From: Macrostomum lignano
Lineage: Eukaryota
Direction of reading: 5' to 3'
Length of the DNA: 64,000 nucleotides
NCBI GenBank assembly: GCA_002269645.1
Contig: NIVC01001575.1
Span: 38,691-102,690 of the forward strand
The position numbers and the translations under genes are program-made. Shown here one piece after another: positions 1 through 42,700 of this stretch (positions are counted from its first letter, which is position 1; each line of letters begins with the position of its first letter). The notes under the pieces are model-generated. The model made no database searches, had not been told where the DNA came from, and saw only the letters and a program-made list of their open reading frames with translations.

Positions 1-87
1 GCTCTGAAAGTTGTAAGACAGTGGATTTTCTAAGCAACAAGTGGCAACCTAAACTGTTTTCTTTTGAAATAAAGCCGGAAAACTTAC

Positions 88-28097
<28,010 letters not shown>

Positions 28098-30681
28098 TTT
28101 TCCGCACCTCTGAATATTAGTGTTGATTGAATTTTTGATTCAATAGCTTGACAGGGACGACGGGAACTAAACAGCTGGCCAGGTGTGAATAGACTTGATT
28201 GGCACACCTGTGAGGTCGCTATAGCCGACTAAAGATTGATTGCGGCTATATACAGCAGGCGCTGCTTCACTCAACTGTCAGTCTGCTCACTCCCGTTTTT
28301 GATCGGGCCTGTCAGTAGGCTTCTGAGATTTTGAGAGTCGAAAGATTCTGCGCGGAAGAGAATGCATGGGGATGGGGGTTGTTGGTTAAATTCTTCCCGA
28401 TTGCCTCGCAGCAAGGGGGAGACGAGACGGACTGAAGCCGAGGATTGAAGCGACTGTCGAACGGAGGGGAAGAAAGACAGGCAGGGATGGGAGAGTCTGG
28501 GTAGGCGAACGAGCGACCGAGGCGAGGGGACGGATGGGATGGTGAAGCTGGGATTTTTTGGGACGGAGCGAATGAAAACCGGCGGGTTGTGAGGAGCGAG
28601 GAGCTGCGGTATGGGAGGATGGGTGAATCGATTTGAGATGGACTTGGAAGGCTGGTCGCTATTCACTCCCACACACCCCTCCTCCCGACGCCAGTATAAA
28701 ATTGCTGAGTGCGCACGCTGGCTGCGCTGCTCAAATAGAGTACAGGGGTACTGAGCGATGGGGCAGAGAGAAATGTGAGTCCCGCAGGGTAGGCATATTC
28801 CGCTTTAGACCAACCAGTTTGCAATATAGACGCAGTTGCAAACGGATGGAGGTGGATTTTCCGAGGCCGATGATGATGGTTGGGGAGGGGGAATGGGGAT
28901 GGCGCTGTTTGGCACAGCTGCTAGTGGAGGATCCCGAGTTGCAGCCGTAGGGTAGTGTAGGAGCGGATTGGGAACTGCTCCAGAGTCATTGAGTGCGGGG
29001 GGCAGATCGGGAGGACCTGGTCATATAAAAAACTGTTCATAGGAGCAGGTATATACACATCTGACAATGCTTCTCGCAAATCATCCACCCATGTGCATAC
29101 GAGATTGCTTATTTGTAGATACGTATAGTATGACTAGCAAACCATGTATTGAATGTTAACCAATCCATGGACAACTGCAGTAGTAGAAGGGCACTACACT
29201 TGATTTTCTAAAGCGGGTAATTGAAACGTCATATCGCCAGTGGATTTATAGTAAATTAAGTATGTGCTCGAAAAATCCGATCACAGATTCTACATGTATA
29301 TTACATGTATACCTTAGACATATCTAGATGTGTCACTCCTTAACATTCGCTAATGTACATTCACGTCCGTCCCCGAGGCGCCCTGAAAACCCAGGCGTTA
29401 GGGCATATATCGCAGAGAAGTCCCATGAAGGAACATGTAATATATATCTGTGCATGAATCAGATTTTTCTAGCGCGGGCTTTATCTTAAACTCATTTGTC
29501 TATGGTTGAAGCCCATTCAGCGCTATGCGTTTTCTAGTAGAACTTATCCTCAAAGGCGTCATACCTGCGCTTATGACGCAGGTATTTGTCTTCTAAAAAG
29601 TGGAATCGATTCTCACTCGACTCTTTTGTGGCCAGGCGTTCCTATTTCACAAATTATCTTATGGGGCATGTGTTGATGCCTGCACATGAAGTCTTTTGGA
29701 GCAGCGAATTTTTTTGGCATCCCGGCCTAGCTCGATCTCCATTTCTGCATGGCCTCTGAATGACACGGCATTAATTATAGTACATATTGCTAATTTACAT
29801 TTTACAATGTACACTTGATTCTTGAATAAAAACTACTATTATTCATCACTGATTAAAAACACAAGTAGTAAATTACACGGTAGATGTGCAAATGAATGCA
29901 TAAAAAAGATAAGAAATTTGTTTTTAACTTTTGACATCAATTACATTCAACTTATTTCTTCAAGCAATTTTTCACTTGATCGCCCTTGAATCTCAATTCC
30001 CTCTCCTTCACGTGCAATTTGCCATCTCAAAATAATGTTATGTAGAAAATAAAATACATACATGTAGCTTCAGTAGCTGGGGTGCTTGCTTGTTAAACAA
30101 CTTTTAACAAACGGATGTTTTCTTATTTCCATTTGTTTTCTTACATTTAGTTTGACACCGGGAAGTACTGTTACTTTTTTCAGTTTTACTCTGTATTCAG
30201 CGACCTGGATATTGCAACTAGCAATTAGACTTTTGATTACTTAACACGTAACATTGTCCAAACATTCTGAGCAATTCAATAATCCCAGAATTATTCTCAT
30301 TAAACTAGAAGAGTAGTTGACGTAATGCTTTTAAACGATTTATAAAGTATTTTAAACAAATTATTTTTAAATATTTCCTATAAAAGCATTTATGCCTTTG
30401 TCGTTGGCAAAAAAGATTAAAAACTAAAGTTTGACATACAATGAACATTATTTACTGTATTTTGTAAGCATTCAGTCAATAAGTTCAAATCTTCAGGCCA
30501 CCACACTTTTCACTGCTTGCTTGCTTGCTGGTTGCTTTCTCGCAGTGTCCGTCCAGTCGAACCTTATTAATTAAAAATTGTAATAAGAGCTTGGTTTTCG
30601 TTACAAAATTTTCAGCGGGGTGTGTCTAAGTAGTGTGCTACTTTTCTTTATTTACAGCATATTATTAGTCTCTTTGGAAAG

Positions 30682-30795
30682 ATGGTGGAACACGGGGACT
30701 TTGCTTCTAACTCTCTGAACAATCATCAAAGTGACTTCTGCACACTTTTAAATGGTTTGCAAAGTATGCATAATGAAGAGAGAACAAATGCAGAG
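30682..30795 (+). CDS. IPO5: IPO5 exon 1 (MVEHG...[20 protein letters not shown])
   Basis: Matches the IPO5 N-terminal F..LL..L.S.DN..R..AE pattern; gtaacc donor, phase 0. Confidence 0.8.
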
Positions 30796-33700
30796 GTAAC
30801 CAGTTATTTTCTTATTTTTCTTGCATTAATTGATGAGCTTATTCATTTTTTGCAATGCTAAAATTTAAGTAGTATATAACAATGGCATTTTTTTATAGAA
30901 AAGACAGACTAATGTCTTTTAAAGTTGTTGTTTGCCCAGTTTCTAGCCTGCTAATAAGATACGTGTGGGTTTCCTGACATATTTTTTCTTTCAAATGGAT
31001 AATTAAAACAAAAATAAGTTAATGTTTTGAGATTTGAGATGTTTTGAGATGGCCTTACCCCTCAGTCTGTAGCTAGGCTGGACTGGTGTTTTCCACCAAC
31101 AGGTGTTTGCTGACCCCTGAGCCAGCGTCTATATAATAATAATAATAATAAATAATGTTTTGAGATACTTTTCTCACTTTGATGCCATATTTAGCTTTAA
31201 AATTTAAAATATAAATTTTATATGTAAAAATTTTCTGTTATAAAGAAAAAAACAATGGTATGAATGCAGTTTGTCAAAAGATGAATTCAGTAGCACCCCT
31301 TATAAACACATTTTGGAAGTCAAATATCTTGGGAAATACAAAAGACTGCATAGTTGTAGTTTTGTTGATTAAAATATTTTAACTCTAAAAAAGTAATCTA
31401 CCAACTATTATGGTCCAGTCTAAATATTTATGATCTTTAAAAAGTTGATAAATAACAAATAACAAAAAATAAAGTCTTAAATTTAGCAAGGCTAACCCAT
31501 ATAACCAAAAATATTGCCTCAATATCGTGTAGTAATTGCCTAACATCCCATCTTTGAATTGCCTCAATATCGCCCAATATCGCCTATTCACCAGGTTTGT
31601 CCATCCATATAGAGTTGCCATAATATTGCCAAGTGATATTGCCTAATAATGGCTTTCCAAGTGCCTAGCGATAGCCAAACAAAAAAATAAGTCATTTTTC
31701 ATGTATACACTTGAACTCAATTTATTTTATTCTTCATTTTCCATTTTGGCATTTGTCTATTAAAGTTGTTAATTTTCACTTCAATTTTTTTATTTTCAAA
31801 ACATTCATTGTTATTCCCGATGGTTGCATGCAATAACAGCCACGTGGCACATGGCGTGCCCTTTAATACAAACTAGGCAAATGGCATTTATGTTAGAAAT
31901 GGCTTAATTAGACCATTAATGATTTTGCTAACAATCCCAAATCACTCGTTCTCCTTGGCTTTGTACTTCCACGTTAGGTCCAAGGCATAAAAAAAGACAT
32001 GCTTTATGTCTGAGTTCACTTGTGCCTTGGTCATATTCAGGTGGCTGTTTTTTAAGGCTAGCTATATAAGACTATGCATAGCAGAGTCTTTAAAGCGCCG
32101 CTTGTCCTTTGTTCCTTTGAACGTAAACTTTGTGAGCACATTGGGATCAAAGAGACGGCAGAGGAGCTGGCAGGTAGCCTCTTGGGAAGTCCTTCTGCCA
32201 AGTCTTAAGAGCTGCTGAGCCTGCAATTGATCAAGTGTGGTAAAGTCAAGTTAGAATGAAGCCCACAGTTATACGCGTAATAAATCTAGCAATTAAAAAT
32301 ACCAAGTTTTAGTAACGAGAAACCTACCTATATGCATTTTGGAAGCACAAAAAGTCAATACTATTCATCTTTACCAATTTGACCAAATTTTCTTTCTTCT
32401 GCAGCCAAGCATTTAGCTGATCAATTCTGGCATCGCCATTGATGAGAATGCTGAATGGTAGATCCTTAGCAGCCAAATGTGGATAAGGGTCTCTGTTAGC
32501 TGACGTGCTATGCCATCTACAATTGTCCGAAATGTGGCTAGCTCGCAGAGCACATGTCTTTCAAATGCTGCAAAAAAGAATTGATCTCACATAAACTGCC
32601 TCGTATCATTGTCCAATGATTGTAATTTACTATCAGCAGCAAAAAGCTGCATGTTTTGGAAGCAGAACTCACATGACAATTCTATTTGCATTTCTGAACA
32701 CCATGATATGCAACGCTGACTACCTACATAGGTGCATTGGCTGGTTCAGAGTTCTGACCTGCAGAATAGAACAGAGAGAATTGAGAAAACAAATTTAAAA
32801 CTTGAGAAATAGATGCATGTAGTTGGCACTTACTTGAATCAAGTTGAGAATAGACTTCAGAGGCTTCAATTTCTTCCCTTAGAGTTAAGAATGAGGTTGG
32901 CATACGTTGCTCCAACTCAGTAGATGCTAAAGGCATTGAAGTTGGAGCTGATTCTAAAGCTGACGCTGACATTGGAGCTGATGCTAACGCTGGAGCTGAT
33001 GCTGAAGCTGAAGCCAAGACTGAAGGTAAAGCAAAAGTTGACCCTGAAATACAGGGGAAAGAAGGTAGATCTCTCAAACCAGAATTCAGATTTGCATGCT
33101 TAGGAGAATTTTCTTCAGAATTGGATTCATTGTCAGAACTCGATTCCATCCTCTTTTTTCGTTGCCTATTGTCTTCCTCTATGAAGTGCTTGGTCTTCAA
33201 TCTTCTTCTCTTGTTGAGATCAGTACTTTTGATTTCACCATCTTTAATGTAGTGGCTGAGTCTTCGTTGCACATAAAGTTCATCTGCTGAAATGGGTTGA
33301 TTATAAAGATGTGGAGTAAAAGTCAATCACCTTTGACTTGAATTGATCATTTGGTGCAGGTAGTACTTATAGCATTCAGACAGCAAGACAAAATGGTGTC
33401 TTTCCCATGTCTCTTCAGGGGTAAAAGCTCGGGTATGCAAGGACTCTAGTTTGGAGCTAGAAACTGATGGCCATAAGCACTACGTGAGCCTAATCATCCA
33501 TGCCTCTGGAACATACTCCACTAACTTTAGACTCGAGTCTACATTGTTTTGGAACTCAATGACCAGATACATCTGAAGAGTAAGACTTCATTGGTGTACA
33601 ACATTGATGAATACTGGGAATGCTGCCATTTTTTTACCAATAGGCAAGACACAGGCCTTGCATTTTATGAAACAGATAGGCAAGGCTATAAAATTATGTG

Positions 33701-36700
33701 AGAGTGAGGCAATAAAAGAGATGTTAATTTTTATTGAATCAAATGGATCAATATTTTAATTTTTGATATTGTTTTTTTAAATAATTAAATGCACAGAAAC
33801 TTTTTGTTCTTGCCAAAAATTTGCTATAGTGCACAATTTGCAGTGCTATTCTCAATCTTCGTCATTCCATAGATTCGAGTGGGATACTCACCCTCAAATA
33901 TCGCACTTGCAATACAATCTCTCATGGCAATTCTCTATATGACCTGGTGGCTTTCCAAAAGGGGGACTATATAATGGCAAATGGTTATCGCGCTGCGATG
34001 GATTGGTAAGAATTTTGTGCATTGCATGGTAAATATAAATATATCAAGGTGATACTTTGGCAAATCCAAGGCAACCTTTTCTATACAAAAATGAATATTA
34101 TGGTTGCTTTTTAATAGATTAAAACTCACTTTTATGGCGTAATTTGAATTCAACTGCAAGTACAAAAACAATGCAATCTTATTAAATGTAGCAACATCGC
34201 CTTGGTATTAATTGGCAATATATTGCCCCTTACAGCCCAGCGGGGAGTGAGCAATATCAAGGCAATTTTTTTGGCTATGTGGCAAGCTATGTGCCATGCA
34301 TAGGACTTTGTAAGCCCTATCTGACATTTTTGCCATAGACTATTGCAGCTTTCAAGTGTATATTCCAGTGTATATTAAGATACATTATATCAAGTTTTAA
34401 AGCCACACTCTAGATCATATAGTATATGCCCAAAAATTGAGGCGTGTATTGGCCTTACATTCCAAAAGTAGGAAGATTAGAAAAGTTCATTTTTAAGCAT
34501 ACATTTCAATCTCTCTAGGTTTTTTAAGCTTGTAATAAAACATTTTAACAAATCTTTGTGTGTATTGATTTTCTGATATATATAGCATTGCCAAAAAAGC
34601 ATAAAAATTAACCAAAGTATTTGCCAAAAAATTTCCATTATGTAATTTAAAAAAGGTCATTTATTGTTACAACAGGGGCATAGTTTTGAGAATAAGTGTG
34701 CATTCACTTTTTTAGTATATATTTCTGATTATTTAATTCTTGTTTAGGTGTGCACCCAGCATGATCCAGACTATGGTTTTTAAGCATAGAATTAGTACTT
34801 AATCAGGTTTAAGTTCCTTAAAAATACTTTCTTGTACTCAAAGTAGTTTGTAGATTACTTTTCTAGAGTCAAAATAATTTAGAAAACAAAACTACAGTTA
34901 TGCCTAAAAGACAATCATGTGTCTAAGATGTCATTGCAAAGCTGAGACAGGTGTCAAAAAGTGATAAAAGTTTTAGAGCAAATGATTGAAGGATAGAGAT
35001 GCAGCAATAAATCAAAGTTTTAGTTGATTAACAATCTTCAACCATGATCAACCAGGTACTAGTCATTTTGATAACAAATCATTTTGGTTACAAATATTCT
35101 GGTGACAAATAGTAATTTTGGTAATAAGTTGCTTTTGTTATAAACATATAGTCATAAGTATAATATATATTAATAAGTATAGTCATTTTAATGACAGGAA
35201 GTGCTTCATAACTATAATCCTGATCAACCAAAACTTTGATTTATTGCTGCATCTCTATGCTTCAATCCATAGTCCAGATCATGGCAGGTGTATGCTAAAA
35301 TTAAAATTTTTGTTTTTTATATTTTTAACTTTCTGACAGTCAGGCTATGGAACAGCTTTTATAGAAGCTGCTAATAGTCTTTTGTAGCATTGGTGGCAAT
35401 CAAGGCTGCTGTAATCAAGGCACAGACACAAAATTTTGCCTTATCAAGGCACAAAATCAAGGCACAAAAGTGCTTGCAATTCAGTTCCATGAACTCTACT
35501 AGAAAGTGGGCAGATGTGCTAAAGTTGTCTGGCTCTAGTGGCTAAATGCTGCAAGATATTTATGTCAATTTTTTTATTATGGTTACAAATATTGTTCTAT
35601 TTGCCTATTAAAATTCAAGCTAATAGGACAAACAGCAAAGGTATGGCTACAAAATGTCATAGTGCTCTTTGTTTTGACTTAATGATGGAATTTTAAATAG
35701 AGAAGCTTAACTCTTTAACAACTTTGGTGGCAGTAGTTTGATCATCTTGAAAGGCAGAGGAAATATCCCTTTAACAACTTGGAAAGCAGCAGTGGGATTC
35801 AATAAGGCAAAACAGAGGCATTTAATATAATAACTTAAAAAATCTTCTATACAAGCTTAAATGTCTTTTTGAATCACATTTTCAATCTATAATTTAGTTC
35901 TTAGATTAAGATATAATTTTAAGATATAAGTCTATAGAATAATAAATATAAAAAGGTCTAACTTTGTAGATTAGGAACTTTAAGTCTAACAAGTAGTCAT
36001 TTTGATCTTAAGTTGCTTTTATGATACCCGCCAAAAAATTTGGTTGATTCTTCGGTTGATTCCAGCTGGAATCAGCAGTAATTTCGAATGATTACACAGA
36101 ATGGAAACAGCCGTAGTTGAGAATCAACTGAACCAACATATTTCAGATGATTCTAGGTAAAGAATCAGCCAAATTTAATGAAAGGAATCTGCCAAGTTAG
36201 GAATCAGCTTAATAGGACGATTCCACTTAAGGAATCAGCTAAATGTAGCTAAAGAAATCAACCCACCTTTAGGAAGGAAACTGTCAATACAGGGAATCAG
36301 CGCAGTCAGATGTTTCTAGGACAAGAATCACTCTGGGAATCAATTCAACCGCTGTTCTACTTTTGTCGTGCATAGTGATAGAATCGTGAGATTTACTCAT
36401 TTCAATTGGGAAAAAATGGTAGATTGATATTAAATTTCACACGGGGACCCTGTGGGATTGTTGTGAATTGTTATTGTGTTGTTGTCAAATACATTGTTTT
36501 TTATGATGACGATGATGGTGCTTGGTGGTTTTGTCAACCACGTTTTTGCTTATTGACTGAAATTGTGCTGTCTCATGTGCTTCCGCTGAAAAGTGGTCTT
36601 ATTTTTCTTGATACATGTACAAGAAACTACTTGTAAAAGTAGCTGCACAGTAAATTATTTGGGTCTCAAAGTGGTTGATCTGCTAGGGTTGGGGATGCAT

Positions 36701-39700
36701 CCGACACTGCTAAAGGACATTAGTCAGTCCTGTGATCAACCCGGAGTACTCTGTAGTACTACGTAGTAAGAATCGTCCGACTGAGCTGAGGAATCAACCA
36801 GGAGTCGCGGGAATCAACTGAAAAATTGAGGTGATTCCTTCACTGGAATCAACCAGGAGTCGCGGAATCAGCTGCAGAAGAAGACAATGTTTGGCTGTTT
36901 CTTTGGCTGATTCCGCACAATTAAATGTCACATGGGCTGTTTCCTCGGTTGATTCCTGTACACACTGCGGATATAGGGCACAAATACGGTTGATTCCGGT
37001 TGAAATGTGCAGAGAAGAAACAGCCAAAGAAACAGCCGAATTTTTTACAGGGTAGATACAATGGTAAAAATGAGAGATTTGGTAAGTAGTTATTGTTAGA
37101 TAATTACCAGCCAATACCAGTTGTTATTTAGTGACAAGAGATACTTTACAATATTATTTATATATGCAAAACCTAGCCAACCTACAAGTAGCTAGTTAGG
37201 AAAGGGCCTAGCCAAGGTAAATTGCACAAATGACTATCTAAAACAGACTAAAATACTAATTTAGCCTAATAATATAGTCTTAGTCCTGCCATTTACTCTA
37301 ATTTACAATGTTCATTTTTGCTTAGGTTTCTTTCATATATAAAGATTGCAATACATAAAGATTGGAAAGATATTTTTTGCTTGCAACCATAATGGGTATT
37401 TTTGTTGCTAAATTTTTTTTCTTGTTACCGATTGCTTGTTACAATCCTGATTAGAATAAGATTCAAAACATGCAATGGGAGCAATAGGTACAAAAAGTCG
37501 CCTTAAGTTGTTAATGAGTCTTAACAACAAACCTATCACTGCATATCAAGTTGTAAAAGGCATCCAAGTTAGTGCATAAAAAGAAAAATAAATCCAATAT
37601 TGTTACAAGTTGTAAAGGGGGTAAAAGGATTGAGACATTCTGGCTTTAAATCCAACCTAATGCCACCAACTATAAAGATTTAAAATATTTTAGGTTTTGT
37701 ACTATGCATAATGTCTCTTGGCCTAAACTGGAATTTTGGAAAAAAAAACCCAACAAAATTCACTAATTGTCTTGCCTGAACTCTTAGGTAAGGCAGGCTA
37801 AATGTCACACTGTGATTCACTACTTTTTTATTCAAAAGTATGCTAAATGTCTCCAGACTTCTAACTGGAATTGATTTAGCACCTGGCACAAATTTTAATG
37901 TGCTAATTGTCCCTGAATTCTTAAATTGCCTAGTAATGACTAATACTACTTCTGGCAAAACTTATCCTAAATAACTTCGATCTGCAGTAGCTAGGGGAAA
38001 ATGGTCTAAGGCTAACTGTTATACAAGTAATTGCACAAACCAGAGTGTCGCCCTGAGATGGTCTGAAAGAGATAATTAAGCTTTCTTAATATATATATAT
38101 TGCTGAACCTTTCCAATAATAGTACTACCCAATAGACAAAATAGACAAAATGCTAAGTTCTAATAGGGTTGGCTTTAAATAATTATAAATTTTTAATTGT
38201 TTCTACTTTCAATAATCAATAATTACTTGTTTAATTCACAAGAATTAGTTAACTATTATGCAGATATTTGTGATCTTACATGAATATTGCCTACCATGAA
38301 GCACTTAATAGAATAAGAACAAAGTTAAATACTTGGCCTCCTGTGCCCTTACTAACGCAGTCTGTTAGACTATATAATATTCTGAGGCTTCGAATCTAAC
38401 GCCACATAGTCTAACATTTCATGATTTGATTCGAATATATAATCGATGACTCTTACAACAAGCTTAGAGTCTTGATTGATTGATCCAAAATCATCTTAGG
38501 AATTATAAACTTAGTTAGACAAAATATCAACACAAATAAGGCTCAAATATAAAAATCTGAATCGAAGAGTTTTTGCTGTTTTTCTTGTTTCGTCAAACCT
38601 CTACTACTTTAAGTAAAAATATAAACCAATGCAGTTTTATTATAAGAAACTTGACTACTCGCATTGTAGACTCAGTATGAGCAGATCCCTGCTCAGACTC
38701 GGCTTGGCCTACTGCTTCAAAGCATGTCGACTGGCCAGACAACGGAGCTGCGCTCATTCTCCGCTGTTCTATTGCGTCGCCTACTAGTTAAAAATCTAGA
38801 CGAAGCCTACGAACAATTGAATCCAACCGATCAGGCTAGCGTTCGTCAACAATTGTTGCTATGCGTTACTAACGAGCCGGATGCGTCTGTGCGCAGGAAA
38901 GCAGCAGATGCGGCAGCTGAGATGGCTCGCAATATTGGCGACGTTGCTGCTAGCGGCAATGACAGCAGCAACGCCTGCGGCTGGCCTGAGTTTGTCCAGC
39001 TGGCTGCTCAGTGCGTGCATAGTGGTCAGCCGGCTACTCAGCAGATTGGATTGCATCTGCTTGCTCAGGTGTGTCTTATTGCCTAACTATGCATGCATGC
39101 AGGGATACCTATGTCGGGTGTACAGTAGCTCTGGCTTTGTTAGGCAATGTGTACATTTTGTCTCTTGGAGGTTTGCGCTATAGTCAAGTTGCTCTCAATC
39201 GCCTCAATCATTTAAAAATCGCCTCAACTCTTCAAGAATTGCCCAGCCCATCAAAAATCGCCCCAACTTTTCAAGAATCGCCCAGCCCTTCAAGAATCGC
39301 CCAAACCCTTCAAGAATCGCCCAAACCCTTCAACAATCGGCCCAACCCTTCAAGAATTGCCCTAACCCTTCAAGAATCGCCCAAACCTTTCAAGAATCGC
39401 CCAGCCCTTTAAGAATCGCCCAAACCCTTTAAGAATCGCCCAAACCCTTCAAGAATTGCCCAAACCCTTCAAGAATCGCCCAAACCCTTCAAGAATCGCC
39501 CAAACCCTTCAAGAATCGCCTAAACCCTTCAAGAATCGCCCAAACCCTTCAAGAATCGCCTAAACCCTTCAAGAATCGCCCAAACCCTTCAAGAATCGGC
39601 CCAAACCCTTCAAGAATCGGCCCAAACCTTTCAAGAATCGGCCCAAACCCTTCAAGAATCGGCCCAAACCCTTCAAGAATCGGCCCAAACCCTTCAAGAA

Positions 39701-42700
39701 TCGCCCAAACCCTTCAAGAATCGCCCAAACCCTTCAAGAATCACCCAAACCCTTCAACAATCGGCCCAACCCTTCAAGAATTGCCCAAACCCCGTCAAGA
39801 ATCGCCCAAACCCTTCAAGAATCGCCCAAACCCTTCAAGAATCGCCCAAACCCTTCAAGAATCGCCCAAACCCTTCAAGAATCGCCCAAACCCTTTAGAA
39901 TCGCATCAAAGTCTCAGGTAAAACTCTGCTACAACCCAGCTTTAACTTTCATATCGCAGGTGCCCAGCGCGTTCTCCCACCCGGCCAGCCTGCCCTTGGT
40001 GCACCAGCTGCTAGGCAAAGCCGTCTCCGACGCCGGCAGCGCCGCTGTCCGCTCCGCCGGTGTGAAAGCCGCCTGCGCTTTCCTCGTAGCCAACGAAGAA
40101 GAGGAGGGCACGCTGAACCAGATGCGGGATTTGCTGCCGCCGATGCTCCGCGGCCTAGCCGAATCAATTGTGACTCCCGAGTCTGACGACGCCTCAGGCG
40201 ACGAGGACGCTGTGCTGAAAGGCTTTGTCGAATTGGCCGAAGTGCTGCACAAATGGTTGCGGCCTCAGCTAACCGAACTAATTGAACTGTGCGTACAAAC
40301 TGTCGGCAATCAACAGCTGCCGGATTCGAGGCGCCACCTGGCCCTGGAGTTGGTTGTCACTCTGTCTGAGAATGCTGCCGCTTCTGTACGCAAAGCGGGA
40401 GCTGGCAAAGTTGGCGCTCTAGTGCAACAGGTGCTCATGCTAATGACCGATCTAGAAGACGATCCGGAATGGGCTCTGCAGGTATGTAGTCGCGTGTTAA
40501 TATAGTCTTGAACTTAATTCCGCCCTTTTGAGCACAGTTAAAACCGCTCTTTTGAGCACACTTAAATCCGCCCTTTTGAGCACACCTAAATCCGCTCTTT
40601 TGAGCACACTTAAATTCGTCCCGTTTGAGCACACTTAAATTCGTCCGGTTTGAGCACACTTATGTCCGCTCTTTTGAGCACACTTAAATCCGCCCTTTTG
40701 AGCACACCTAAATCCGCTCTTTTGAGCACACTTAAATTCGTCCCGTTTGAGCACACTTATGTCCGCTCTTTTGAGCACACTTAAATCCGCCCTTTTGAGC
40801 ACACCTAAATCCGCTCTTTTGAGCACACTTAAATTCGTCCCGTTTGAGCACACTTATGTCCGCTCTTTTGAGCACACTTGATAAATCCGCCTTTTTGAGC
40901 ACACTTAAATCCACCCTTTTGAGCACACTTAAATCCACCCTTTTGAGGACACTTAATAAATCTGTCGTTATGAGCACACCTAAATCCGCCCTTCTGAGCA
41001 CACCTAAATCCGCCCTTCTGAGCACACCTAAATCCGTCATTAAGCACACCTCTAAATCCGTCATTAAGGACACCTAAATCCGTCATTAAGCACACATAAA
41101 TCCGTCATTAAGCACACCTAAATCGGTCATTAAGCACACCTAAATCCGTCATTAAGCACACCTAAATCCGTCATTAAGCACACCTAAATCCGTCATTAAG
41201 CACACCTAAATCCGTCATTAAGCACACCTAAATCCGTCATTAAGGACACCTAAATCCGTCATTAAGCACACCTAAATCCGTCATTAAGCACACCTAAATC
41301 CGTCATTAAGCACACCTAAAACCGTCATTAAGCACACCTAAATCCGCACCTAAACACTTAAAAATTAGGAAAACAAAGACGAAGACGACGACGACGAATC
41401 GAACGCCATCAACGGCGAGACCGCTCTTGACCGGCTGTGCTGCGGCCTCGGCGGCAAAGCTATGCTGCCGCACATTCTCGAACTGGTGCCGCACATGCTG
41501 CGCAGTCCAACTTGGCAGCACAGGCACGCCGCTCTGATGGCCGTGTCAGCCTGCGGCGAAGGCTGCCACGCCCAGATGGAGAGCATGCTGGACAACGTAC
41601 TGGTCGCCGTGCTGCCATTCTTTCAAGATCCCCATCCGAGAGTTCGCTACGCCTGTTGCAACGCTGTTGGCCAGATGTGCACCGATTTTGGCAAAATCAT
41701 GCCAAAAAAATTTCACGCGCAAATTGTACCGAATCTGCTCAGACTGTTTGATGACTATGCTAATCCGCGAGTTCAGGTTGGTGTTTGAGTTTTATTGTGC
41801 CACAAAAAACATCGCATCTAGCTTTAAAGAATCGCTTCTATAACAAAAAAATCGCCTCTATCCCTAACGAATCGCCTCTATCCCTAAAGAATCCGCTTTT
41901 ATCCCTAACGAATCGCCTCTATACCTAAAGAATCGCCTCTACCCCTAAAGAATCGCCTCTACCCCTAAAGAATCGCCTCTACCCCTAAAGAATCCGTAAA
42001 GAATCGCCTCTACCCCTAAAGAATCGCCTCTATCCCTAAAGAATCGCCTCTACCCCTAAAGAATCGCGTCTATCCCTAAAGAATCGCCTCTACCCCTAAA
42101 GAATCGCCTCTACCCCTAAAGAATCGCCTCTACCCCTAAAGAATCGCCTCTACCCCTAAAGAATCGCCTCTACCCCTAAAGAATCGCCTCTACCCCTAAA
42201 GAATCGCCTCTACCCCTAAAGAATCGCCTCTACCCCTAAAGAATCGCCTCTGTCCCTACAGAATCGCTTCTTTCCCTAAAAATCGCCTCTATCCCTAACG
42301 AATCGCCTCTACCCCTAAAGAATCGCCTCTGTCCCTAAAGAATCGGCTCTACCCCTAAAGAATCGCCTCTATCCCTAAAGAATCGCCTCTACCCCTAACG
42401 AATCGCCTCTATCCCTAACGAATCGCCTCTATCCCTAAGGAATCGCCTCTATCCCTAAAGAATCGCCTCTACCCCTAAATAATCGCTTCTATCCCTAAAG
42501 AATCGCCTCTATCCCTAAAGAATCGCCTCTATCCCTAAAGAATCGCCTCTATCCCTAAAGAATCGCCTCTATATCTACAGAAACGCTTCAGCTTTTAAGA
42601 GAATCGTCTCAACCCCGATATTATCGGATAAAATTACAAAAAAATCAGAAGAAGCCAGACTATAAAATCAGCTAAATTACTTCGCCATCTTCACCCCAAC

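Noticed and set aside
31050-31155. Possible 3' end of a LINE or SINE with a (TAA)n tail
   Set aside because: Single short occurrence, no recognisable body
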